From NCBI GenBank assembly GCA_051439605.1, contig JBFRWN010000043.1, forward strand, positions 1 through 63,890: 63,890 nt of DNA, read 5' to 3'. Position numbers and translations under genes: made by a program. Below are positions 1 to 10,105 of this stretch, one piece after another. The notes beneath the pieces are model-generated. The model was given only the letters and a program-made list of their open reading frames with translations. It was not told the origin of the DNA and ran no database searches. The DNA is from Synechococcus sp. Lineage in GTDB: Bacteria > Cyanobacteriota > Cyanobacteriia > Thermostichales > PCC-7336. Positions within the stretch are counted from its first letter, which is position 1. Every line of letters starts with the position of its first letter.

Positions 1-40
1 TGGACAAACATCCAGATAGCTCCGATATGATTCTCGAGCT

Positions 41-97
41 TTTTGGAAAAGGAGAGTGTTTTACGTACCAATCGTGAAACATTCTCCTTTTCCAAAA
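41..97. terminator. Long hairpin (25-bp stem, 7-nt loop); possible bidirectional terminator downstream of the terB-like gene
   Basis: TTTTGGAAAAGGAGAGTGTTTTACG (41-65) pairs with CGTGAAACATTCTCCTTTTCCAAAA (73-97); 23/25 Watson-Crick, and both mismatches are G-U on the + strand. Confidence 0.55.
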
Positions 98-148
98 TGA
101 GACGATTCGATCGGTACATTGCAGGCCAGGTAGTTGCTAAAAATCCGC

Positions 149-631
149 CTATTCAAACTCTGTCTGGCTGTCGAGGTCAATCCCTTCTAAACCGAGAACC
201 TGACACAGGTCTGCGACGATCGCACGCTCTCGCTCGCTAAAAGTCAGATCTGCCTTACAGATGGCAATACAAACGCGAATCAATAACAGTGCTAACTCTT
301 CGTCGCCGGATAATTTTTTGACGGATTCAAATACTGTGGCCGCTCCAGCATCGCTGTCCTCTTGAATGGATTCCGCATATTGACGAAAAAGGTCTGAAGC
401 CATTCCCGAATCGAACATATGTAGGATTTCCACCCGATCTAACAGGTAATCTCGGGCCATGAGCTCTGCAAAACTCACTTCGCCATCGGCGGTTGCAAGT
501 AGGGCACTAGCTCCCATAGCTGCTTCGAGAAATTCTCGGTTGCGAACCCGCTGCTGGTGTTTCTGCAATAAGGCTTTGATGGTGTTAATCACAGTGGATA
601 ACTCATCCTGTTGATTCCAGAAGGCTATCAC
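149..631 (-). CDS. TerB-family (tellurite resistance TerB-like) protein; true start may be GTG at 592
   Basis: ALLATADGEVS..E and IAICKADLTFSERER..VADLCQVLGL are the two TerB ADG-type repeats. Confidence 0.8.
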   Translation of the reverse strand: MIAFWNQQDELSTVINTIKALLQKHQQRVRNREFLEAAMGASALLATADGEVSFAELMARDYLLDRVEILHMFDSGMASDLFRQYAESIQEDSDAGAATVFESVKKLSGDEELALLLIRVCIAICKADLTFSERERAIVADLCQVLGLEGIDLDSQTEFE

Positions 632-678
632 GTCTGTTTGCAGTTGGCTTGGAGGAAACTGTCAGAACTTAGTCTATT

Positions 679-829
679 GGCGTGGTTCAAAGCCGGCCCA
701 TTTTGGATAACAAAACAGGGCGTGGTTCAACTCCGGGTTACAGTCCGAGCGGTATTTCCGGAGCAAATCAGCAATTATTCGGCTTGGTTCAACTCCGGAT
801 TACAGTCCGAGGGGTGTTTCCGGAGCAAA
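679..829. repeat. Two 49-bp direct repeats (719-767, 781-829) plus a partial third copy (679-690)
   Basis: GGC(G/T)TGGTTCAACTCCGG(G/A)TTACAGTCCGAG(C/G)GGT(A/G)TTTCCGGAGCAAA, 45/49 identical, 62-bp period, internal inverted repeat CTCCGG/CCGGAG. Confidence 0.9.
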
Positions 830-860
830 GTCGGGTAGAGAGGACTCCTCCAATAACTAT

Positions 861-910
861 GTCCCCACCATGCGGCGGAAGGAATTGGGATTCAGGTTCA
901 TCAGCCGATC
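861..910. repeat. 50-bp direct duplicate of the chlH 3' coding region (1717-1766)
   Basis: GTCCCCACCATGCGGCGGAAGGAATTGGGATTCAGGTTCATCAG is identical over 44 bp, then one mismatch and CGATC. Confidence 0.95.
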
Positions 911-1000
911 TAAGGACAACTTTCAGCTTCAGCAGCTCCATTCCTCCCGCTTAAAAGCTTTCTGTTAGGGTAAGGACAGCCCAAAGACTCAGATTGAGCA

Positions 1001-1201
1001 ATGTCAACAGTTGAACAGATCGAAGCTGCAATTCTGAAGCTCTCCCCCAAAGAGTTAACTCAACTCGCAGACTGGGTTCTAGATCTTGACGAGCAACAAT
1101 GGGACGAACAGATTGAACGAGATTCAGCAGTCGGCAAACTTGACTTTCTTGTCCAGGAAGCTCGGACAGAATTTCAAACCGGTAGCAGTCGCAAACTCTA
1201 A
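1001..1201 (+). CDS. Putative type II antitoxin (66 aa)
   Basis: Small acidic protein (WDEQIERD..GKLDFL) of the kind found upstream of ParE-like toxins; its stop overlaps the toxin start (TAATG). Confidence 0.75.
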   Translation: MSTVEQIEAAILKLSPKELTQLADWVLDLDEQQWDEQIERDSAVGKLDFLVQEARTEFQTGSSRKL

Positions 1202-1452
1202 TGCACTACACCACTCGGCGATTTTGGCAATGCTACGACGCATTACCGGAAGCGGTTCAACGAGTTGCCGATCGAAACTACGAACTCCTGAAATCAAATC
1301 CATCTCACCCGTCGCTGCACTTCAAGAAAGTCGGACAGTTTTGGTCAGTCAGAGCAGGTAAGGGCTACAGAGCTTTAGGCGTTGAAGTTGAAGGCGGAAT
1401 TTCGTGGGTATGGATTGGCACCCATGTTGAATACGACAAACTCATCAAATAA
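1201..1452 (+). CDS. RelE/ParE-superfamily type II toxin (83 aa)
   Basis: FW..YDALP...NPSHPSLHFKKV..FWSVR..GYRALG..W.WIGTH.EYDKL pattern; translationally coupled to the upstream gene. Confidence 0.8.
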   Translation: MHYTTRRFWQCYDALPEAVQRVADRNYELLKSNPSHPSLHFKKVGQFWSVRAGKGYRALGVEVEGGISWVWIGTHVEYDKLIK

Positions 1453-1520
1453 CTGAAGGTGCTAGGGCTTTTGAATCGCTCGTATCTCCACCACAAGATT
1501 CATGGTTTGCGAAAAACCTC

Positions 1521-1558
1521 AAAAAGCTGTCCCCAGTAGGAGTAACCCACCGGGGACA
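1521..1558 (-). terminator. Rho-independent terminator of chlH
   Basis: Stem 1528-1540/1546-1558 with G-U pairs on the minus strand, followed by GCTTTTT on the minus strand, about 50 bp after the chlH stop. Confidence 0.65.
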
Positions 1559-1607
1559 AACGAACGATTCAACTTAGGGCAGCAACGTCCCAAGTATGAG
1601 AAGAACG

Positions 1608-4600
1608 TTACTCGATCCCTTCGATGCGGTCTTCCACCTCAGCGTAGATTTCCTGCAACTTCTCGATATTCTCGTCAGACGTCTCCCAATAGCCGCGACC
1701 GTTCACCTCTAACAACGTCCCCACCATGCGGCGGAAGGAATTGGGATTCAGGTTCATCAGGCGATCGCGCATCTCCTGATCTTCGATAAAGGTGGTATTC
1801 GCGTCCTCGTACACCCAGTTATCCACAGCACCAGCCGTCGCCGACCAGCCCATCGTATTCACCAGACGCTTCGACAGCTCGCGAACCCCTTCGTACCCGT
1901 GGCTCAGCATCCCCTCGTACCACTTGGGATTCAGCAGCTTGGTACGAGCATCCAACCGTACCGTCTCGGATAGCGTCCGCACCTGAGCATTCGCAGTCGT
2001 CGTATCGGCAATGTACGAAGCCGGAGTCTTACCGTCATCCCGCAAAGTGGACACAATCTTAGTTGGATCGGAATCAAAGTAGTGGGACACATCCGTGAGA
2101 GAAATCTCGGAAGAATCCAAATTCTGGAACGTAGCATCCGCAGTCTTCAGCGCCTTCTCGAATATGTCGCGAGACCCATCCATCACGCCGGGATTATCGG
2201 AATTAAAGGCAAACGACTTGCGCTTCAAATACATCTCCTGCAGTTCGGATTCTTCCTCCCAACTGCTGTTCTCCACCGCCAAGTTGACGTTAGACGAATA
2301 GGAACCGGACGCATTCGAGAACACGCGAGTGGCCGCCTGACGGACATCCACCCCCATTTCTTCCGCTTGCGCGAGGGCGTGCTTGCGCACGAAGTTCATC
2401 TCCAGAGGCTCGTCTGCTTCCGCCGCCATCTTCACAGCGCGGTCCAGCAGAGCCATCTGGTTAATAAACAGATCGCGGAATACACCCGAGCAGTTGATCA
2501 CCACGTCAATGCGAGGACGACCCAGCTCTTCTAGAGGTATCAGTTCTAGCTTGTTCACGCGACCCAAAGAGTCCGGCTGAGGGCGAACCCCCACCATCCA
2601 CATAATCTGAGCCAGCGATTCGCCGTAGGTTTTGATGTTGTCCGTTCCCCACAAGACGCAAGCAATGGTTTCGGGCCAGTTGCCGCCGTTATCGATCTTC
2701 TGACGATCCAGCAGGCGATCGACCACAATCTTGGCCGACTGCACCGCAGCGCTGGTGGGAATGGACTGGGGATCGAGAGCGTGAATGTTCTTGCCAGTGG
2801 GAAGAACGCTAGGGTTGCGAATCGGATCCCCCCCGGGTCCGGGCAGAACGTACTCGCCATCCAGGGCCTTAACCAAGCTGCCCAGCTCAAAGTCCGCACA
2901 AGCTTGCTCCAAGCAGAATTCCAAGAATTCCATTAGAGGCTTCAGCTGCTCGGCATCTACGTTGGGGAAGCCGACTTCTTCCAGCGCCGTAATCCAAGGG
3001 GACTTGCGACCCAAATTGAGGAAGTTAAGCTTGGACACCAGAGAGACGCGCCCTTCGCTATCCGTTTGCTCCTTCACAAGAGCGCCAACTGCAGACCGCA
3101 CCGCTTCGGTAATGTCCTGCAGCAGCTGCACATCTTCCAGCACACCCGCATCATTATTGCGGTAAATCTCTTCGATCTCGCGACCGATGCTCTGGGCCAC
3201 CAGCGTCGGTAGGCCCATAATTTCCTCTTCGGGGCGATCGATGCTGGCAATGTTCACTAAAGTGGCGATCGCCTCTTCCGCGGAGGGAGGCTCCCCAATC
3301 ACGTGCAACCCGCAGGGCAGCAGGCGAGACTCGATCTCCATCAGCTTTGCATACACCTTGCCGACCAAAGTGTTGCGCTCTTCCTGAGACAGCTCCTTCG
3401 AATCCACCTCAGGCAGCTCAATGTCCTTGTCCAAGTTGCAGATGCGAGCCTGCTCCACGATCGCGTTGACAATCTGAATGCCACGACCGCTATCTTTCAG
3501 CGACTGATAGGACCCAATCAGCTCGCTCAGCTCCTTCAGCCCCTTGTAAAGTCCGGCATTCTCCGCCGGAGGAGTCAGGTAGCTAATCGTCTGGGCGTAG
3601 CTGCGGCGCTTGGCGATCGTCGCCTCAGAAGGGTTATTGGCAGCGTAGTAGTAGAGGTTGGGAATCTTGCCAATCAGGCTATCGGGATAGCACTGACCGG
3701 ACATACCCATTTGCTTACCGGGCATGAATTCCAACGAGCCGTGGGTACCAAAGTGCAGCACCGCATCCGCCTTCCAAATGCGCTCTAGATAGGTGTAGTA
3801 AGCGGCAAAACCGTGGTGGGGGCTAGCGGAACGGGAGAACAGCAACCGCATCGGGTCCCCTTCGTAACCAAAGGTGGGTTGGACGCCAATAAACACGTTG
3901 CCGAAGGACTTACCGTACACCAGCAGGTTGCGGCCGTCGGTATTCAGTTCGCCGGGAGGGGGACCCCAGTTTTCTTCCAACCGCTGGGCATAAGGGGTGA
4001 GGTCTTCGTACTCCCGCACTGACATGCGATAGGCAATATTCAGTTCGGGGCTACTGTACTGAGCTTGGGCATCGTGGATAACCGCTTCCATCAACTCCTT
4101 AGGACTGTCAGGCAGCTCCTCGATGGTATAGCCGTTGCGCTTCATCCCTTCCATGACGCGGTAGATGGAACCGAATACGTCCAAGTATGCGGCGGTACCG
4201 ACGTTGCCTTTATCGGGGGGGAAGCTAAATACAGTAATAGCTAGCTTCTTGTCGAGGCGGGGCTTGCGACGCAGGCTCGCCCACTTCATGGCCCGTTGAG
4301 CAATCGACTCTATCCGATCTTGCAGGGCGATCGCCTTACCAGTATTCCCGTCGCGACCGGACAAAACAATGGGTTCAATCGCACCATCTAGCTCGGGAAT
4401 CGCCATCTGCAGCGCCACCTGAATGGGATGCAGACCGAGGTCACTTTCCTCCCACTCTTCGGTGGTCTGAAAGACCAGAGGCAGAGCCACCATGTAAGGA
4501 CGGTTCAGGCGCTTCAGAGCTTCAATTGCTTTGGGATGATCCTGACGAGCAGGACCGCCCACCAGCGCAAACCCTGTTAGCGAGACCACTGAATCCACCA

Positions 4601-5603
4601 ACGGTACAGCACCATCACTAGCAGCGGGATCGAAGAAAAATGCTTCAACCGGCTTGGAGAAATCTAGACCGCCAGCAAAGACGGGAAGAACGCGTGCACC
4701 TAGGCTTTCTAGCTCCTGCACCATGGCTACGTAGTGGGCATCATCGCCTGTCACCAGATGAGTCCGCTGCAACACCAAACCGACACAGGGGGCCAGCGGA
4801 TCCTTCTGGTCAACTGTCAAGTCGGGCCGAGACTCGTACCACTTCATATACTCCCGCACGTCCTCGTACATCTCGGGAGCGAGGGGATGCCACACCCCCA
4901 TGTCGGGGTAGGTAACGGGATCGTTGTAGCTTAGTTCGGCTCGATCGGTTTTCTGCTCGTCATCGAATACATACCTGTCGGCGATCATCAACAGGAAGTT
5001 AGACAAGTTCTCTTCAGAGCCGCCCAACCAATACTGAAAGCTAAGCATGAAATTGCGAGCATCCTGGGCCTTATCCCCAGGCAGGTACTTCAGCACCTTG
5101 GGCAGGGTACGCAAGAGCTTCAACATGGCGTCCTGGAAAGACGCGCCGGAGTTTTCCTTGCGCTTGCGCATGAACTGGGCGATCGCGCTCTTGGATTGAC
5201 CCAACTGAGCCATGGAGAAGCTGCCCATCTTGTTCAGGCGCATCACCTGAGGCATCGAGGGGAATACCACCGCCGCATCCAGGCGATCTCGGTGGGGCTG
5301 AACGGCTTCTACAACTTTTTCTGCTAAATCTTCAATGAAAATTAACGAGGCAATGAATATGTTGGCCTTGGCCACGTCATTCTTAAAGGCTCCGTAGTTA
5401 TCGGCATCGCGCAGCTCTTCAATCAAGTAGCCGCTAATCTCGATCGCCATACTCGGGTTGTTTGCATTGATCGCCCGAACGGCTGCAGACAATGCGCTTT
5501 GATACTGAGGTTCCAGCACCACGTATACAACGCGGACCAGAGAACGATCACCCACTGCATCCGGCTCGATGTGTCGAATCGATGGCCGAACCTGTGTGAA
5601 CAT
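1608..5603 (-). CDS. chlH: Magnesium chelatase subunit H
   Basis: MFTQVRP start; [26 protein letters not shown] and C-terminal EDRIEGIE motifs; about 1331 aa. Confidence 0.98.
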   Translation of the reverse strand: MFTQVRPSIRHIEPDAVGDRSLVRVVYVVLEPQYQSALSAAVRAINANNPSMAIEISGYLIEELRDADNYGAFKNDVAKANIFIASLIFIEDLAEKVVEAVQPHRDRLDAAVVFPSMPQVMRLNKMGSFSMAQLGQSKSAIAQFMRKRKENSGASFQDAMLKLLRTLPKVLKYLPGDKAQDARNFMLSFQYWLGGSEENLSNFLLMIADRYVFDDEQKTDRAELSYNDPVTYPDMGVWHPLAPEMYEDVREYMKWYESRPDLTVDQKDPLAPCVGLVLQRTHLVTGDDAHYVAMVQELESLGARVLPVFAGGLDFSKPVEAFFFDPAASDGAVPLVDSVVSLTGFALVGGPARQDHPKAIEALKRLNRPYMVALPLVFQTTEEWEESDLGLHPIQVALQMAIPELDGAIEPIVLSGRDGNTGKAIALQDRIESIAQRAMKWASLRRKPRLDKKLAITVFSFPPDKGNVGTAAYLDVFGSIYRVMEGMKRNGYTIEELPDSPKELMEAVIHDAQAQYSSPELNIAYRMSVREYEDLTPYAQRLEENWGPPPGELNTDGRNLLVYGKSFGNVFIGVQPTFGYEGDPMRLLFSRSASPHHGFAAYYTYLERIWKADAVLHFGTHGSLEFMPGKQMGMSGQCYPDSLIGKIPNLYYYAANNPSEATIAKRRSYAQTISYLTPPAENAGLYKGLKELSELIGSYQSLKDSGRGIQIVNAIVEQARICNLDKDIELPEVDSKELSQEERNTLVGKVYAKLMEIESRLLPCGLHVIGEPPSAEEAIATLVNIASIDRPEEEIMGLPTLVAQSIGREIEEIYRNNDAGVLEDVQLLQDITEAVRSAVGALVKEQTDSEGRVSLVSKLNFLNLGRKSPWITALEEVGFPNVDAEQLKPLMEFLEFCLEQACADFELGSLVKALDGEYVLPGPGGDPIRNPSVLPTGKNIHALDPQSIPTSAAVQSAKIVVDRLLDRQKIDNGGNWPETIACVLWGTDNIKTYGESLAQIMWMVGVRPQPDSLGRVNKLELIPLEELGRPRIDVVINCSGVFRDLFINQMALLDRAVKMAAEADEPLEMNFVRKHALAQAEEMGVDVRQAATRVFSNASGSYSSNVNLAVENSSWEEESELQEMYLKRKSFAFNSDNPGVMDGSRDIFEKALKTADATFQNLDSSEISLTDVSHYFDSDPTKIVSTLRDDGKTPASYIADTTTANAQVRTLSETVRLDARTKLLNPKWYEGMLSHGYEGVRELSKRLVNTMGWSATAGAVDNWVYEDANTTFIEDQEMRDRLMNLNPNSFRRMVGTLLEVNGRGYWETSDENIEKLQEIYAEVEDRIEGIE

Positions 5604-5808
5604 GTGCAAATTCTCCAAGCGGTTAGTGCAAGTAGCTACTGGCTTCAGCTGTCTCAATCGGGAAGGAAATTCCCAGCGTCACCCAAAAATAGCAAGATCT
5701 GCCCTTTGTTTTAGCAGAAGATCCTAACCTTGTTAAAACATGATGCAAACGCGTTACGAAACATTACAACCCTTGTCGCAACTGGTCCCAAAAGCCCCTG
5801 AAACCCCC

Positions 5809-5846
5809 TTGACAAAAGTCAAAATGTCAAAATTGACAGACGTCAA
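5809..5846. promoter_or_regulatory. Tandem palindromic operator-like sites TTGAC-N4-GTCAA
   Basis: TTGACaaaaGTCAA (5809-5822) and TTGACagacGTCAA (5833-5846), with an extra GTCAA between them, upstream of chlH. Confidence 0.4.
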
Positions 5847-6298
5847 ACTGCGTTCGATCCCCACTTCGCAGGAGTCGGACACCCAAGCGGATGAATGAGC
5901 TAGAGATTGAATCAGTGAATACAACCTTGCGCTCTTCGCAATCCTGTCTTTACCTGCCGCTCGGGAACGAGATGATGATGCTATGGCAATGGAACTGCTC
6001 ACAGGGAAAACACGTTGAAGCTCAAGTATCAGAATCGAGAGATCCCCTTATCGACATGAAGACCTCTCGATGCCTAGAACAGCAGTTTTAGTTTTTTAAA
6101 TCATCAATCTCACAATCTGGATTGTCACAATCGATTGGTCTCTTTGAAAAACCTCTCACGAGGTTTACACTTTATTTACGAGGTGATATTCCCTCAAATT
6201 TCTTAGCCACACTGGCGAACTACATGGCATAAGATGCAAGTTTAATGCCCATGACAAATGTCATTCCTTCTTGACAAACCCCCTTGAGGGTAAAGCAA

Positions 6299-6577
6299 TT
6301 AGTGTGTCGAAACTTTCTCCTTAAAAGACTTGCCAGCAGCAAAGGCAGGAACACGAGCAGCAGGGATCTTAATTTTTTCCCCTGTTTTCGGATTGCGACC
6401 TTCGCGCGCTTTGCGTTCTCGGGGTTCAAAGGAACCAAATCCTACCAACGTCACCTTCCCACCCTCTGCAACCGTCTCAACAATAGTTTCTAAAGTTGCC
6501 GATAAAATCTTCTCTGCATCCTTTTTGCTAACCTTTGCAGATTGAGCGACCGCGCTCACTAATTCACCTTTGTTCAT
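6299..6577 (-). CDS. hup: HU family DNA-binding protein
   Basis: MNKGELV...[21 protein letters not shown]...PAFAAGK. Confidence 0.95.
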   Translation of the reverse strand: MNKGELVSAVAQSAKVSKKDAEKILSATLETIVETVAEGGKVTLVGFGSFEPRERKAREGRNPKTGEKIKIPAARVPAFAAGKSFKEKVSTH

Positions 6578-7012
6578 AGTTGAAGCAGCTTTTTAGATTG
6601 ACTTCATACTTTAGTAAAGCCTGCGAATTCATGGGGAGCAACTATTCAGTTCGACCTTTTTCTTAGAGGCTAATCAATAGCCTCCTGCCAAGGCCACTTA
6701 TCTATAGAGTCTCAAGCCTCCTAACTCATCAATAGATGCTCAGTTCACCGCAATTGAATGGATTACAGGACAAGGAAGAAAATAATAGTTAGATCGAAGA
6801 AGTTGGGACAAAGAAGACACACAATTCACCGCGAGATCGAAGCGTAAAACAATAGGTCCACGATCCAGACCTAGCCGCTGGAGAGAAAAATCGGGCATTT
6901 CACCGATCGTCCACTGACCTCAATCTGACCCCAGCTGAACCGGAAATAAAGGTTGGGCGATCGCCGTTACAATGATTGACACTTGTATGACAGCACCTTG
7001 CCTCGCCGTCCT

Positions 7013-7450
7013 ATGCCAGCAGCTTCTCTTCCCGCCTCCCTCGATAAATTGGTCAAGCGCTTTCAAAAAGCATCCTCCAACAAGCAACGTTACGAGCAAC
7101 TGCTGTGGCTGGCTAACAAACTAGACGAGCAGCCAGATACCGCAAAGGTTCCGGAAAATAAAGTGCCCGGATGCGTATCAAACGTATATGTAACGGCCGA
7201 TCTGGTGGACGGCAAAGTCCACTTCACGGGGGATTCTGACTCTCAGCTCACCAAAGGGTTAGTCGCATTCCTGATTCGGGGTTTGCAGGGCCTCTCGCCC
7301 ACCGAAATCGCCCCCATCGAACCAGACTTTATCCAAGACACCGGCCTGAAAGTCAGCCTCACTCCATCGCGGGCTAACGGCTTTTACAACATTTTCAAAA
7401 CCATGAAGCTCAAGGCCTCAGAGCTGTTAACCAGTACCTCCGCTGATTAA
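7013..7450 (+). CDS. sufE: SufE family Fe-S assembly sulfur acceptor
   Basis: KVPGCVS catalytic Cys; GDSDSQLTKGL; LTPSRANGF. Confidence 0.93.
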   Translation: MPAASLPASLDKLVKRFQKASSNKQRYEQLLWLANKLDEQPDTAKVPENKVPGCVSNVYVTADLVDGKVHFTGDSDSQLTKGLVAFLIRGLQGLSPTEIAPIEPDFIQDTGLKVSLTPSRANGFYNIFKTMKLKASELLTSTSAD

Positions 7451-7503
7451 GTCACCACCCATTGAGAAATACTTAGGTCCAAACAGATTGTCCTCTCAAC
7501 ATC

Positions 7504-8055
7504 GTGTCCGATATTTCTCTCCCGCGATTACCAGTAACCCTCATCGTTGGTTTCGAGCACAGCGGCAAATCCACCCTGATCTCTAGCCTGCTGCAACATC
7601 TTCCCGATCCTACGGCACAGATTGGCACGGAGGCCGAGCGATCGCCCACGAGCTGCATTTGCTGTAGTGGTTCAGACGCCCTACATCAAGCGCTGAAAAC
7701 AGTTTTAGAACACCATCAGAACAGAGCCTACAGTCACTTGTTTGTGGAGGGTAGCCACGAGACTGACCCCGTGCCGGTGATGCGTGCCATTCGTAACCGA
7801 TTTGGCCTCACCCCACTGGTTTTGAGCAACATCATCACAGTGATGAATGCCGTCGATTACCCTCCCAAAGACGCCCCCCCTTGGCTGGTCACGAATCAGC
7901 TTTTCTTTGCCGATCGCATCGCCCTAACCCACTGTGACTTAGCCACCCCAGAGCAAGTTTTCACCTGTCAACAGGCAGTCAATTCCACGAAAGGCTTACC
8001 GATTATTCAGTGCCAACCGGGAAATATCCCTCTCAACCGGCTGCTTGCCGATTAA
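7504..8055 (+). CDS. Short CobW/COG0523-like G3E GTPase (N-terminal domain only)
   Basis: LPVTLIVGFEHSGKSTLI Walker A, SCICC metal motif, NQL.FAD. Confidence 0.7.
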   Translation: MSDISLPRLPVTLIVGFEHSGKSTLISSLLQHLPDPTAQIGTEAERSPTSCICCSGSDALHQALKTVLEHHQNRAYSHLFVEGSHETDPVPVMRAIRNRFGLTPLVLSNIITVMNAVDYPPKDAPPWLVTNQLFFADRIALTHCDLATPEQVFTCQQAVNSTKGLPIIQCQPGNIPLNRLLAD

Positions 8056-8146
8056 GCAGTTCGCGAGGATAGTTGTCCACAAGACAATCTAGGCACCCCA
8101 TCAGTTTGGGAAGCGCCCCTCTCATCGGTACGTTGCTGGGAAGTTT

Positions 8147-8737
8147 ATGAATCAATTACTGCGCTTGTCCAAGCTCATCGATCGCCTCAGCGAATGGATG
8201 GGCCGCCTAACGCTCGTCCTTATGTTTGCCATGGTGCTGGTAGGGGCCTACAACGCAATCGTCCGTTACATTTCCCGCTTTATCGGCACTAACCTGAGCT
8301 CCAACCTCTACATCGAGCTGCAGTGGTACCTGTTCACGATGGTGTTTTGTCTGGGAGCCGCTTACGTGCTCTCTCAAAATCGACACGTACGGGTGGACAT
8401 TCTCTACAGCCGTCTTTCCCTAAAAGGGAAAGCCATCGTAGATTTAGTGGGGTCAACGGTACTTCTGCTCCCCATCTGCGGTGTGTACATCTGGTTTACC
8501 TACCCGCCGGTGGTGCGATCTTGGAAAAGTCTAGAAGCGTCTCCAGACCCCAACGGTCTCCCTCGCTATCCCATTAAAACCGTGGTGATTGCTGCCTTCG
8601 TCCTGCTGGCACTGCAGGGAATCTCTGAAATCATCAAAAATATCGCCATTCTCAGCGGCGTTGACCCACGTCAATCCGGTGCCCCCCTTTCCGCTGAGAG
8701 AAGTGAGGAACAGGAGACGGAGCAGAACAATGGATAA
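8147..8737 (+). CDS. TRAP transporter small permease (DctQ)
   Basis: ELQWYLF, HVRVDILY, SPDPNGLPRYPIK; 4 TM segments. Confidence 0.92.
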   Translation: MNQLLRLSKLIDRLSEWMGRLTLVLMFAMVLVGAYNAIVRYISRFIGTNLSSNLYIELQWYLFTMVFCLGAAYVLSQNRHVRVDILYSRLSLKGKAIVDLVGSTVLLLPICGVYIWFTYPPVVRSWKSLEASPDPNGLPRYPIKTVVIAAFVLLALQGISEIIKNIAILSGVDPRQSGAPLSAERSEEQETEQNNG

Positions 8738-10067
8738 CCTTGCCCTATTTATGTTTCTGGGGGCACTGCTCCTAATTTTCACGGGCTATCCAGTGGCGTT
8801 TGCCCTCGGCGGTACAGCGCTGATTTTTTCGGTTATCGGAACAGCAACTCAGCACTTCGACCTCATTTTGCTGTCAGCCCTGCCCCAGCGGGTATTTGGC
8901 ATCATGAGTAACTTTGTGCTGCTGGCTATCCCCTATTTTATTTTGATGGGGACTGTGCTGGAACGCTCCGGATTAGCAGAAGACCTCTTGGAAACCTTCG
9001 GCCAACTGTTCGGTCGAATGCGGGGGGGATTGGCAATCGGTGTTGTCTTGGTGGGAGCTTTACTCGCCGCAGCCACCGGCGTGGTTGGGGCAACGGTGGT
9101 GGCAATGGGAATGATTTCTTTGCCAGTCATGCTGCGCTACGGCTACAGCCCGTCGCTATCTGCCGGGGTCATCGCGGCTTCGGGCACCCTGGGTCAAGTG
9201 ATTCCCCCCAGCGTCGTACTGATTGTTTTAGGAGATCAACTGGGGGTTTCTGTCGGGGACTTATTCCTGGGGGCGTTGGTACCCGGGATCGGCCTGGCAT
9301 TGATGTACATGCTGTATGCCGCTGCGATCGCCTATTTCAACCCCGAGATGGCCCCAGCACTACCCGCTCAACTCATCAATATCCCTGGGAAAGAACTGGC
9401 CCGACGAGTCTTTCAAGTCATGCTGCCCCCTCTCCTCCTGATTTTAGTGGTGCTGGGCAGCATTTTTGCAGGAGTGGCCACCCCCACAGAGGCCGGTTCA
9501 ATGGGGGTAATGGGTGCGCTCGTGTTGGCCGCCTGCACTCGCCGACTGAACTTGAAGATGCTAACCCACGCACTGCGATCGGCTGCCGAACTGACCACGG
9601 TTGTGATTATTTTGCTGCTGGGGGCCACCCTATTTAGCCTGGTCTTTATTGGTTTGGATGGGGACGCCATTGTTGAGGAAATTTTGCTGAGTCTGCCGGG
9701 GGGAATTGTTAGCCTGCTAATCTTCGTTAACCTACTGGTTTTTCTGCTGGGCTTTTTCCTGGACTATTTCGAAATTGCGTTTATCGTGGTGCCCTTAATG
9801 GCTCCTGCCATCTTGCAGGTAGGCTACCGCGGCCTCAGCGGTACCGAACTCTTGGTGTGGTTCGGGGTGATGATTGGCATGAATCTTCAAACCTCCTTCC
9901 TCACCCCCCCCTTTGGATTTTCACTGTTTTACCTGCGGGGAATTGCCCCACCTGACGTGAACACAACCAGCATCTACAAAGGGGTCGTACCGTTTATCGG
10001 CATTCAGCTGGTGGGCTTGCTGCTGATCGTTGTTTTCCCAGGCTTAGTGACCTGGGTGTTGAATTGA
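8730..10067 (+). CDS. TRAP transporter large permease (DctM)
   Basis: GYPVAFAL, SGTLGQVIPPS, ATPTEAG, SFLTPPFG; start overlaps the dctQ stop. Confidence 0.95.
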   Translation: MDNLALFMFLGALLLIFTGYPVAFALGGTALIFSVIGTATQHFDLILLSALPQRVFGIMSNFVLLAIPYFILMGTVLERSGLAEDLLETFGQLFGRMRGGLAIGVVLVGALLAAATGVVGATVVAMGMISLPVMLRYGYSPSLSAGVIAASGTLGQVIPPSVVLIVLGDQLGVSVGDLFLGALVPGIGLALMYMLYAAAIAYFNPEMAPALPAQLINIPGKELARRVFQVMLPPLLLILVVLGSIFAGVATPTEAGSMGVMGALVLAACTRRLNLKMLTHALRSAAELTTVVIILLLGATLFSLVFIGLDGDAIVEEILLSLPGGIVSLLIFVNLLVFLLGFFLDYFEIAFIVVPLMAPAILQVGYRGLSGTELLVWFGVMIGMNLQTSFLTPPFGFSLFYLRGIAPPDVNTTSIYKGVVPFIGIQLVGLLLIVVFPGLVTWVLN

Positions 10068-10105
10068 ATGGAAACCTACCTATTCCGCATTCAGCCTGAG
10101 AACCA

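Noticed and set aside
679..829. CRISPR array or tRNA fragments (GGTTCAACTCC resembles a T-loop)
   Set aside because: Only two full repeats with a 13-bp gap and no cas genes; no acceptor stem, cloverleaf or CCA.
1792..5714. Many antisense and alternate-frame ORFs over chlH (and likewise over dnaN, ribD and the megaprotein)
   Set aside because: Shadow ORFs of GC-rich coding sequence with no recognisable motifs.
5848..5872. tRNA-like GTTCGATCCC
   Set aside because: No D arm, anticodon arm or acceptor stem around it.
5891..6091. 66-aa ORF between chlH and HU
   Set aside because: No recognisable family or clear ribosome-binding site; cannot be supported without a homology search.
8147..10067. 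TRAP permeases without a substrate-binding gene
   Set aside because: The binding-protein gene is often encoded elsewhere; not unusual.
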